Shown: one piece after another, positions 20,545 to 27,936 of the stretch
Numbering within the stretch: position 1 is the first letter of the stretch
How the letters are laid out: each line of letters starts with the position of its first letter
DNA from: a virus
Taxonomy: Duplodnaviria > Caudoviricetes
Virus record (IMG/VR): IMGVR_UViG_3300016665_000287
Coordinates: 1 to 31,945 of that record
Strand: one strand, 5' to 3'
Length of the DNA: 31,945 bases
Translations under genes and position numbers: made by a program
The notes under the pieces: generated by a model
Told to the model about the DNA's origin: nothing
Databases searched by the model: none
The model's input: only the letters and a program-made list of their open reading frames with translations

Positions 20545-20943
20545 ATGAAACAATACCTCTTACACCTACTAGTGTCTTTGATGGCAGTATTCACACCAGT
20601 AGTACCTCTTTTATTAACAATAGGAACTTTAATCATAATAGATTTTATAGTTGGAATATATCGAGCTTTTAAAGCGAAAGAAGTAATCACTTCAAGAAAA
20701 ATGGGTAATACTATATCAAAGATGCTTTTATATCAAATGACTATATTAAGTCTATTCTTATTTGAAACATATATACTTTCAGGATTACTACCAGTCACTA
20801 AAATAGGAGCTGGTATGATCGCAGTAACTGAGTTAAAGTCAATAGACGAATCAGTTGAGAAAATGACTGGTATAGGTGTATGGAAAAAATTAGTTAAAAT
20901 AATCAGAAGAGGTGAAAGTCAGACAAAAGATTTTATTTCTTAA
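20545..20943 (+). CDS. Holin (phage holin/toxin secretion family)
   Basis: Multiple TM segments; IIIDFIVGIYRA...ITSRKM..TISK and ELKSIDE motifs. Confidence 0.8.
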   Translation: MKQYLLHLLVSLMAVFTPVVPLLLTIGTLIIIDFIVGIYRAFKAKEVITSRKMGNTISKMLLYQMTILSLFLFETYILSGLLPVTKIGAGMIAVTELKSIDESVEKMTGIGVWKKLVKIIRRGESQTKDFIS

Positions 20944-20985
20944 AATACTAATTTTAGTAATTATAATAATTATAATAGATAGTAT

Positions 20986-21144
20986 ATGGACAAGAACAAA
21001 TTAAAACTACTTAAAATTGATTTAGGTGTGATTAGAGAGATTTTAATTGAGGAAGGTATGTATCACCTTCACAAGAATAAAATAATGAAATCTAAGAAGA
21101 AATACACACGAAAAAACAAACACAAAAAAACCTCTGATGAATAA
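20986..21144 (+). CDS. Small basic protein, 52 aa, with ArfA-like C-terminus (not in ORF track)
   Basis: MDKNKLKLLKIDLGVIREILIEEGMYHLHKNKIMKSKKKYTRKNKHKKTSDE*. The ORF is clear; the function is inferred from the KKxYxRKxKH motif. Confidence 0.6.
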   Translation: MDKNKLKLLKIDLGVIREILIEEGMYHLHKNKIMKSKKKYTRKNKHKKTSDE

Positions 21145-21160
21145 TCAGAGGTTTTTATTT
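21126..21160. terminator. Bidirectional intrinsic terminator between convergent units
   Basis: AAAAACCTCTGAT-GAATA-ATCAGAGGTTTTT 13-bp perfect stem with A and T tails at the +/- convergence. Confidence 0.85.
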
Positions 21161-21212
21161 ATACACGGACTAACTCTCGATATAAACTGGCAATTCAAAT
21201 CATTTATGAGTT

Positions 21213-21566
21213 TTATCTGTCGGTGTTTCTTTTTAAGTGTCTATAAGAATCTATATTAATAATAAGACCTGTTGTTGTTAATAACGAACCAATAATTAAT
21301 GTACCTGTTGCTAATTTATTATCAGTTAATTTAGATTCAGGATTAGCTGGTGCTGTTGTACTATTCATAAATAGTAATCCAAATCCATTTAATAATGTAC
21401 CAGCAATAATCATATGATTTCCGGTTCTATGTTGTTGACCAAATTTCTCAACACCATCAAGACGTAAATTAATTTCATTGATATCAGCTCTTGTTACTGG
21501 CGTCATATTTTGTGCTGATGCAAATATACTTATTAGTAAGGCAATTGTTAAAAGTAATTTTTTCAT
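21213..21566 (-). CDS. Exported/membrane protein with Sec signal peptide
   Basis: MKKLLLTIALLISIFASA/Q signal followed by two hydrophobic segments. Confidence 0.7.
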   Translation of the reverse strand: MKKLLLTIALLISIFASAQNMTPVTRADINEINLRLDGVEKFGQQHRTGNHMIIAGTLLNGFGLLFMNSTTAPANPESKLTDNKLATGTLIIGSLLTTTGLIINIDSYRHLKRNTDR

Positions 21567-21568
21567 AA

Positions 21569-21682
21569 TTATTTTATTGTTTTTGTAAATTTTAGTTCTT
21601 TTTTGTATTCTTTTTTTGAAATTTTTCCTGATTTATATTGTTGTTGTAATACTCTCAGATAGTTTAACTTACTTGGTCTCAT
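21569..21682 (-). CDS. 37-aa SHOCT-like peptide (not in ORF track)
   Basis: MRPSKLNYLRVLQQQYKSGKISKKEYKKELKFTKTIK*; L...Y.SG.IS..EY pattern; fills the gap between its neighbours. Confidence 0.55.
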   Translation of the reverse strand: MRPSKLNYLRVLQQQYKSGKISKKEYKKELKFTKTIK

Positions 21683-21902
21683 TTTCTTTATTTTTTCTAT
21701 ATTGTTCATTTAAATTGTGATAAGGATTAAAATCGTCAGTGTTAAATAATTCGTTAAACTTTTTTTGATCTTCTTCATATTCTTTTTGTAAAAAGTAATT
21801 CAATAACTCTGATGTTGATTTGAATCCTTTTCTTCTACAAACTTCATCTAACTCTTGATGAAGACTTTCTTTGACCATAATTGATTTGTATTTGTTTCTC
21901 AT
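21669..21902 (-). CDS. Ribbon-helix-helix DNA-binding protein
   Basis: KYKSIMV strand followed by helices ESLHQELDEVCRRKG and STSELLNYFLQKE. Confidence 0.65.
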   Translation of the reverse strand: MRNKYKSIMVKESLHQELDEVCRRKGFKSTSELLNYFLQKEYEEDQKKFNELFNTDDFNPYHNLNEQYRKNKENETK

Positions 21903-21961
21903 AATGTTTATTTATTTTTGTTATATATATTATATATTATATATATTAAAAGTTTAAATAC

Positions 21962-22450
21962 CTATGAAAGTTTTTTTAAAATCTCTTCATATATTTTTTT
22001 AGTAGCAATAATATCAATAAGTGCATCGTGAGCATCTTCTAATTTATCACCAATCAATCTTAAATAAACATCTTTTAACTTTCTCGATCTTTCAATCTCA
22101 CTGATTAACTCATACACATCTATTATGGTTTTATGAGGTAACTCAATACCACATCTTAAAAACTCAATATACAAAATAGGCCAGTCGTATTTTCTTATAT
22201 TATATCCAACAATAGCATCACAATCATTTATTAAACTCAAAAGTGGTTTAGATATATCAGAAAAAGTCGGACAATTCAGAACCATCTGATCCGTAATCTT
22301 ATGTACATTAGTAGCCTCTTGTGGTATCGTAATAGTCGGATTAACTAAGATTGATTTCTCTTTATTCTGATAGATCAGACCTATCTGACAAATACGAGCC
22401 TTCTGGACTTCTAAACTAGTTGTTTCTAAATCTATAAATAGTAATTTCAT
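21962..22450 (-). CDS. DEDDh 3'-5' exonuclease (DnaQ-like)
   Basis: ExoI FIDLETT, ExoII GYNIRKYD, ExoIII AHDALIDI. Confidence 0.9.
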   Translation of the reverse strand: MKLLFIDLETTSLEVQKARICQIGLIYQNKEKSILVNPTITIPQEATNVHKITDQMVLNCPTFSDISKPLLSLINDCDAIVGYNIRKYDWPILYIEFLRCGIELPHKTIIDVYELISEIERSRKLKDVYLRLIGDKLEDAHDALIDIIATKKIYEEILKKLS

Positions 22451-22494
22451 TCGGTTAGGTTTTTAAGGTATATATTAATGAAAAAAACCAACTT

Positions 22495-22761
22495 TTAGTC
22501 GGTTTTAATCATCAGTTCTATATCTTCTTTTAGTTTTAAGTCTTTTGTCTCTCTTAAAACCCATAATAGATAACTATTATCATTTTTCATTATCCAGGAT
22601 AGTGTTTTACCTTTATACTTACCAAATTGTATCTTCTTTTTCTTTATAGGTGATATATCCTGTTTTTCTTTTATCTTTGATTGAAATGAAGTACCATCTT
22701 TATATGTTATATTTCCGTGTGTAAATGAATTATACCAGTTTTGTAATTTCTCTATGTCCAT
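22495..22761 (-). CDS. FGKYKG-motif protein (exodeoxyribonuclease X C-terminal/DUF3820-like)
   Basis: IQFGKYKGKTLSWIMKNDNSYLLWV. Confidence 0.7.
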   Translation of the reverse strand: MDIEKLQNWYNSFTHGNITYKDGTSFQSKIKEKQDISPIKKKKIQFGKYKGKTLSWIMKNDNSYLLWVLRETKDLKLKEDIELMIKTD

Positions 22762-22770
22762 TTTATTCTA

Positions 22771-24117
22771 TTAATTTATATCAACATTATCGTTGTATTT
22801 TAGTTTAGGAACTAATCCATATTTTTTAAATTTATCTAATAAATCTATCATTATATGTCCAGCATCAGATTCATTAGTAAAATATACAGCATCAAATAAT
22901 GTAAAATAGTATTTAGAAAACTTCGGTGTTATATTATTGAAAATCTCAGCTTCTATATTTTGTAATCTTGATGCCATTTTTATATCACTTTTTTCATCTT
23001 GTATATCATTTTTATATAGATTTTGTAATTCAGAATATACTATTGGATATATTGATTTGAACATAATACTAATATCACTATCGGATTTAAAATCAAAATA
23101 TATTGATTTATACAATAGAACCTTTACCTCATCTCTACATTTATTATATAAGTCATCACCAATTTCATTGAAATCTATTTTTATAATTGATTTTTCTTTA
23201 CCAACTACCTTATTATCTTTTATTATAAATTTATAATCAATATATTCCTTTCCTTTAACTAAAAATCTCTCATATAATGTTCCTAATTCACAATCTTGAA
23301 TATATTTATCATCAAGATTTAAATTATTTTTAAGTAGATAATAGCATAATAATAATGGTTGGCAGTTTTTAATGTCAATGTTATTAAACTTTAATCCTTT
23401 TATTGTAAGATGCTTTCTACTAACCTTTGATATATTCGTTAATGAATGATAAACTCTATCAACTCTATATCCTTTTTTGATATATCTTTTTTCATATAGG
23501 TTGAATATAGTACTCAATCTATTTCTTAATGAATCTTTACTTTTATTATATCTTATCTCATCTCTTATAGCCGATTTTATATCAATTTCAGTCTCTTTTA
23601 TAGTTTTAATAAAGTTTTTATTATATGTTCCTTCTATTTCATATTTAAGTTCTTTTTTATCATCTATTACAACTATACATAATTCATCTCTTTTATATTC
23701 ATCAGTTAGTTTATATCTCTTTGGCTTAGCAGTATCATTACTATTTTTACTTTTAAATTTGAAATAATTACCATCTTCATAAGGTATAGCCTTAACAACA
23801 TTTAACTCATTTAATAGTTTTAAAAACTTTACATAAGTATTTCTATTAAAACTTTTTATTAGAAAATCTTGTGGTATAATAATAATATCTGAATCTAATA
23901 TATTAGATTGAACTTCAATATACTTGATAAAATTTAATATCTGTTTTATAGCAATCTTTCTATTCTTTATTGGTAATTCTTTAATCATTTCTATTTTAGA
24001 AATAGTATTAAGACCACAAGTATATATGTTAGTAAAACTTTGATCTAATATATCTAAATTGACATCATCAAATAAATTGTCTTTTTCAATAGGTATAATT
24101 TGGTAGTTTATGCTCAT
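22771..24117 (-). CDS. Minimal PolA-superfamily-like polymerase (TV-Pol-like); putative replication protein
   Basis: RVYHSLTN, motif A-like NIDIKNCQP, motif B-like RDEVKVLLY..IY, LQNIEAEI, motif C-like FTLFDAVY, in canonical order. Confidence 0.6.
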   Translation of the reverse strand: MSINYQIIPIEKDNLFDDVNLDILDQSFTNIYTCGLNTISKIEMIKELPIKNRKIAIKQILNFIKYIEVQSNILDSDIIIIPQDFLIKSFNRNTYVKFLKLLNELNVVKAIPYEDGNYFKFKSKNSNDTAKPKRYKLTDEYKRDELCIVVIDDKKELKYEIEGTYNKNFIKTIKETEIDIKSAIRDEIRYNKSKDSLRNRLSTIFNLYEKRYIKKGYRVDRVYHSLTNISKVSRKHLTIKGLKFNNIDIKNCQPLLLCYYLLKNNLNLDDKYIQDCELGTLYERFLVKGKEYIDYKFIIKDNKVVGKEKSIIKIDFNEIGDDLYNKCRDEVKVLLYKSIYFDFKSDSDISIMFKSIYPIVYSELQNLYKNDIQDEKSDIKMASRLQNIEAEIFNNITPKFSKYYFTLFDAVYFTNESDAGHIMIDLLDKFKKYGLVPKLKYNDNVDIN

Positions 24118-24707
24118 AATGATTTATCTTTTTATTATATATATTTTTTATTCATCTCTCTTATACATTTTTTTATATTTATTTTAATTTTATTTTACAA
24201 AAGTGTATATTCATATGATATTAATTCAATGGAAAGTCAATAGGAATAAGGGTTTATGAAAAAAGTGTATAATTATAGATTACCCTATCTACTATACTCT
24301 ATCTTGTCATACTCTGTGTGTAGTGTTGTATTGACATTAAACTACTTTAAACTATCTAGATGTCTGAATAGTTAGTGAAATTTAAAGATGTCTAATAGAT
24401 ATCTTAGAGCGAAAAATGATAATGATTAGCAAGATTTAAATAGGTCTAATAAATCAGATTATTTGACTTGGTCAGATATCAAGACTCTAAATAAAGACAC
24501 GTCACAAAGACGTGTCGTTTTAAATGAAAAAAGGCCAGTCTAAGACCAACCTTTATCACACATTTATTAACATAACCTAACTAATAATTATACACTAAAA
24601 ATATAAAAAAGTTGTGATCTTTAAAATTTTAATAAAAACATAAAAAAACCACCTTTGAAAAAAGTTAGTTTTTTCTTTAAATAAATAAAAGAAAAACCTA
24701 ACTAACA
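24118..24707. promoter_or_regulatory. Divergent control region / candidate replication origin
   Basis: Only long non-coding stretch, at the strand divergence; AGTGTATA repeats, 13-bp inverted repeat, GACACGTC hairpin. Confidence 0.5.
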
Positions 24708-25295
24708 ATGAATACACAACAGAAATTTTATGAAAAATCTCTTTTAGAAAGAGCTTATTTAAAAATGATATTTGATAAACTACCAACAACATATGATTAT
24801 AAAACTTGGATGACACCAGCAGACGGATTTGATGTTTATGATGGTGTGATACTTAGATTTGAAAAAGGAACATCAACACTTGTAGATAGAATGATAATTG
24901 AAATTAAAGTAAGAGATAAATTTTATCCTGAACTTATATTTGAAAAGATTAAATATGACGACTTAAAAAAGGTTAGACGAAGTATGGACCTCAAAACTAA
25001 AAAAGAATGTTTTATAGACGTTAAAACACGTATAATATATGTTAATGTAACACCAGAAGGATCATTCTTTTTTGATATAGATAAACTCTCAAAAGATTTT
25101 GAATGGGTAAATGAGATGCACTGGGCTTCAACAACAGATAAAAGTAAAGGAAAGATTAATAAGATTTTAACAAAAATAGATTATACAAAAGCAAAAAGAT
25201 TTAATGTTAAAACAGGTGATTATATCAATCCAAAAGCAACACAGATAATGATGGTAAATCATCAGAGAACAAAACAACTCGGCATCATATTCTAA
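24708..25295 (+). CDS. PD-(D/E)xK-family nuclease
   Basis: E..(helix)..DVYDG...IIEIKVR catalytic pattern; YVNVTPEG. Confidence 0.6.
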   Translation: MNTQQKFYEKSLLERAYLKMIFDKLPTTYDYKTWMTPADGFDVYDGVILRFEKGTSTLVDRMIIEIKVRDKFYPELIFEKIKYDDLKKVRRSMDLKTKKECFIDVKTRIIYVNVTPEGSFFFDIDKLSKDFEWVNEMHWASTTDKSKGKINKILTKIDYTKAKRFNVKTGDYINPKATQIMMVNHQRTKQLGIIF

Positions 25296-25326
25296 TGGGT
25301 ATGAATAATAAAATAATATATAAACT

Positions 25327-25512
25327 ATGAACAAAACATATTTAGAATCACTCGACTTACAAATTGAACTATCAAAGATAATTGATTATGACAATGAATA
25401 TCAAGAACTTGTTAAAAAGAAAAGAGATTATTTAATAGACTATATTTTAAGAAAAGATAAAAAACAAAAAGAAATAGATTATTTTGAAGATGAACGAGAC
25501 ACAGAATCCTAA
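25327..25512 (+). CDS. Hypothetical protein
   Basis: 61 aa ORF preceded by TAATATATA. Confidence 0.6.
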   Translation: MNKTYLESLDLQIELSKIIDYDNEYQELVKKKRDYLIDYILRKDKKQKEIDYFEDERDTES

Positions 25513-26230
25513 TAGACAATGTAAAATATGTGGATCAATAGGTAATTCATATGTGATTAAAAAATCAGATGGTGGTATAATCTATACGGCTAAGTGTAAA
25601 ACTTGTATAAATAATGAAGCCAAGAAGAGAGTATTTGTAACCTGTCAGAAATGTAGTCAACCAAAAGATGAAAATTACAACAGGTATTGTAGTGAATGTA
25701 TAAATGAGAAAAGATGGTTTATAGAACCACAAGATTTGATTAAAATAAAAAGATGGGTAAGAAAGCAAGAGATAAGACATTTTATGACTGACTTATCTGG
25801 TTTAAATGAATTGATAACAATGTATCAAATAGTATCACACCGAGAAGGTGAATTTGATCATCTATCATCAAGTAAGCAATTACAAAAAATGTGGGATAAA
25901 GTATTTAAAGTGTATAATGAAATAAAGGATATAAGTGAAGAGACATTAGCGAAGATAAAACTTGATAAAATAGGGCTCAAAATAAAAAAAAAAGAAAATA
26001 TGATAAAAAAATTAGAGAATTCTGATTTAGATTTTTTTTTTCAAATAATGTCAGAATATGAATTTGAAGGTAAAATATACACATTTCAAGAAGAGTATTT
26101 AGATTGTGTATCAGGTATTAGTAAAGTATCGTGTGTAAGATGTAGAAAGATTATTCAAGAGATGAGACGAGAACTTGTTAGACTGAGAAATAAGACAGGT
26201 GTCAAGCAATACAAGAATGGAAAAAAATGA
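25484..26230 (+). CDS. Zinc-ribbon-containing hypothetical protein
   Basis: CKIC, CKTC, CQKC, CSEC and C-terminal CVRC. Confidence 0.6.
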   Translation: MKMNETQNPNRQCKICGSIGNSYVIKKSDGGIIYTAKCKTCINNEAKKRVFVTCQKCSQPKDENYNRYCSECINEKRWFIEPQDLIKIKRWVRKQEIRHFMTDLSGLNELITMYQIVSHREGEFDHLSSSKQLQKMWDKVFKVYNEIKDISEETLAKIKLDKIGLKIKKKENMIKKLENSDLDFFFQIMSEYEFEGKIYTFQEEYLDCVSGISKVSCVRCRKIIQEMRRELVRLRNKTGVKQYKNGKK

Positions 26231-26250
26231 CTTTTAGGACTTAATATATA

Positions 26251-26457
26251 ATGAAAAGATTTAGATATATGAAAAAAGATAATAATTTGTTAGAGGATGA
26301 ATATGATAGATGTGTTAGAAATATAGTTCAAGCATCAGAATACATTACTAATATGGCGTTAGAAGGTGATTTAGATAGAGTTGATTTATATAGATCTTTC
26401 TTACACACAATGGTTGATAAAGCGTTACAACTTAAAAAATTAATTAATATGAGATGA
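26251..26457 (+). CDS. Hypothetical protein
   Basis: 68 aa ORF; ATGA overlap with the next gene; true start may be the second Met. Confidence 0.55.
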   Translation: MKRFRYMKKDNNLLEDEYDRCVRNIVQASEYITNMALEGDLDRVDLYRSFLHTMVDKALQLKKLINMR

Positions 26458-26837
26458 GAACGAGTATAGACGATATGATTGATGTCATATCAAGTGATAT
26501 GCCTGAATTTTTAGACCCGACTAAGTTAGAAGATCAAGAAGCTTTTAACTATGTGTCTTATTTGATTTTAGTATCAAAGGTTCTATGTGTTGAGATGACT
26601 TTAGGTATGGTAACAATTATTAAATTCACAGATGATTTTTTTGACAAAATAAACACAATGATGGAGAATATAGATGATGATGATAAGTCTGAGAAGTGTT
26701 ATGAATATGTGACTCAATTTTATCATAATCTATTTTCATATTTAGAAAATAATGAAGAGTATGAGATGTGTAGTAATTTTAGAAATTTCATAAATGAGTT
26801 TAACGATAAAGTGGATAGTATAAATAATGAGTTATAA
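26454..26837 (+). CDS. Hypothetical protein with UvrB/UvrC-like E.EEYE.C motif
   Basis: YLENNEEYEMCSNFR. Confidence 0.55.
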   Translation: MRTSIDDMIDVISSDMPEFLDPTKLEDQEAFNYVSYLILVSKVLCVEMTLGMVTIIKFTDDFFDKINTMMENIDDDDKSEKCYEYVTQFYHNLFSYLENNEEYEMCSNFRNFINEFNDKVDSINNEL

Positions 26838-27390
26838 ATTAGAACTGATAAAATTTTATGAAAGTAATCAGCTCAGAGATATGATAGAAAAAATATGTCA
26901 GAATTCACGATTTAGAGATGATTTAAAACAAGATCTTATATTATATCTACTTACACTAGATGAAAAAAAGATAATCAATCTAATACAAAATAAAGAACTT
27001 TTATATTATTGTTATGGATACTTAAAGAACCAATTTCATTCATCAACATCAGAGTTTTTTAAAACATATAGAAACTATGTAACATTTGAAGATGGATTTG
27101 ATCAAGTTCAAATAGATTTTGATCCAACACACCAAGATGTAATTGTTAAAATAGATAAGCTATTAGATGAGAAAGTAGATTTCTTTTCAGCATTTTTATT
27201 TAGAAAATACTATTATGAATGGTGGAGTGATGAAAAAGAGAAAACAATAAAAGGTAGAAGTTATAGAAAAATAGAACAAGAATATAGTTTAAACAACGAG
27301 TTTAAAATGGATCATATGTATATTTTTAACTCAGTTAAAACAACAATGGATATAATAAAAACAGAATTAAAAAAAGAAGGATTAATATGA
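26827..27390 (+). CDS. Sigma70/ECF-like transcription factor
   Basis: Region 2-like DDLKQDLILYL...YCYGYLKN; region 4-like HTH LFRKYY...SYRKIEQE...IFNSVKTTMDIIK. Confidence 0.6.
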   Translation: MSYKLELIKFYESNQLRDMIEKICQNSRFRDDLKQDLILYLLTLDEKKIINLIQNKELLYYCYGYLKNQFHSSTSEFFKTYRNYVTFEDGFDQVQIDFDPTHQDVIVKIDKLLDEKVDFFSAFLFRKYYYEWWSDEKEKTIKGRSYRKIEQEYSLNNEFKMDHMYIFNSVKTTMDIIKTELKKEGLI

Positions 27391-27432
27391 AGGATATATA
27401 TTTTAATATATAAACATAAATAGATAAGTTTT

Positions 27433-27936
27433 ATGACTAAGAAAAAGGAAGAAAAAGATAAAGTATATCAAAAAAATTATGTAAAGTGTTTATCTTGTGG
27501 TGATACTTTTCATAGACCAAAATCTCAGTGTAAATCTAAAAATATATTCTGCTCAATAGAATGTAAATCACAAGGTATGAGTGATGGATTAACCAATCCT
27601 ATGAGAAAAGGGACTGGTAAATATGATAAAGAGACACCACTAATTAGAAGGAAGTATTACAAGTATAAAAGATTTGATAAGGATAATTTTAATACCAATC
27701 TTGATTACACAATAGATAAGTTTATTAAAATAATAAAAGATGGTGAATGTGTTTATTGTGGTGATAGTTCTAATAAATTGGGATTTGATAGGATTGATAA
27801 TAACTTAGGACATACTTTAAATAATAGTGTAGTATGTTGTGAGATATGTAATATGACCAGAGGTGATAGATTTTCATACGATGAAATGATGCAAATAGGT
27901 CAAGTAATTAAAAAAATTAAAGATAACAGAATATGA
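27433..27936 (+). CDS. HNH-type endonuclease with N-terminal zinc finger
   Basis: CLSC...FCSIEC; CVYCG...GFDRIDNNLGH..NN.V.CCEICN. Confidence 0.8.
   Translation: MTKKKEEKDKVYQKNYVKCLSCGDTFHRPKSQCKSKNIFCSIECKSQGMSDGLTNPMRKGTGKYDKETPLIRRKYYKYKRFDKDNFNTNLDYTIDKFIKIIKDGECVYCGDSSNKLGFDRIDNNLGHTLNNSVVCCEICNMTRGDRFSYDEMMQIGQVIKKIKDNRI

Noticed and set aside
22937-23767. Plus-strand ORFs 22937..23236 and 23477..23767
   Set aside because: Antisense shadows of the polymerase-like gene; I/L/S/F-rich with TTG starts.
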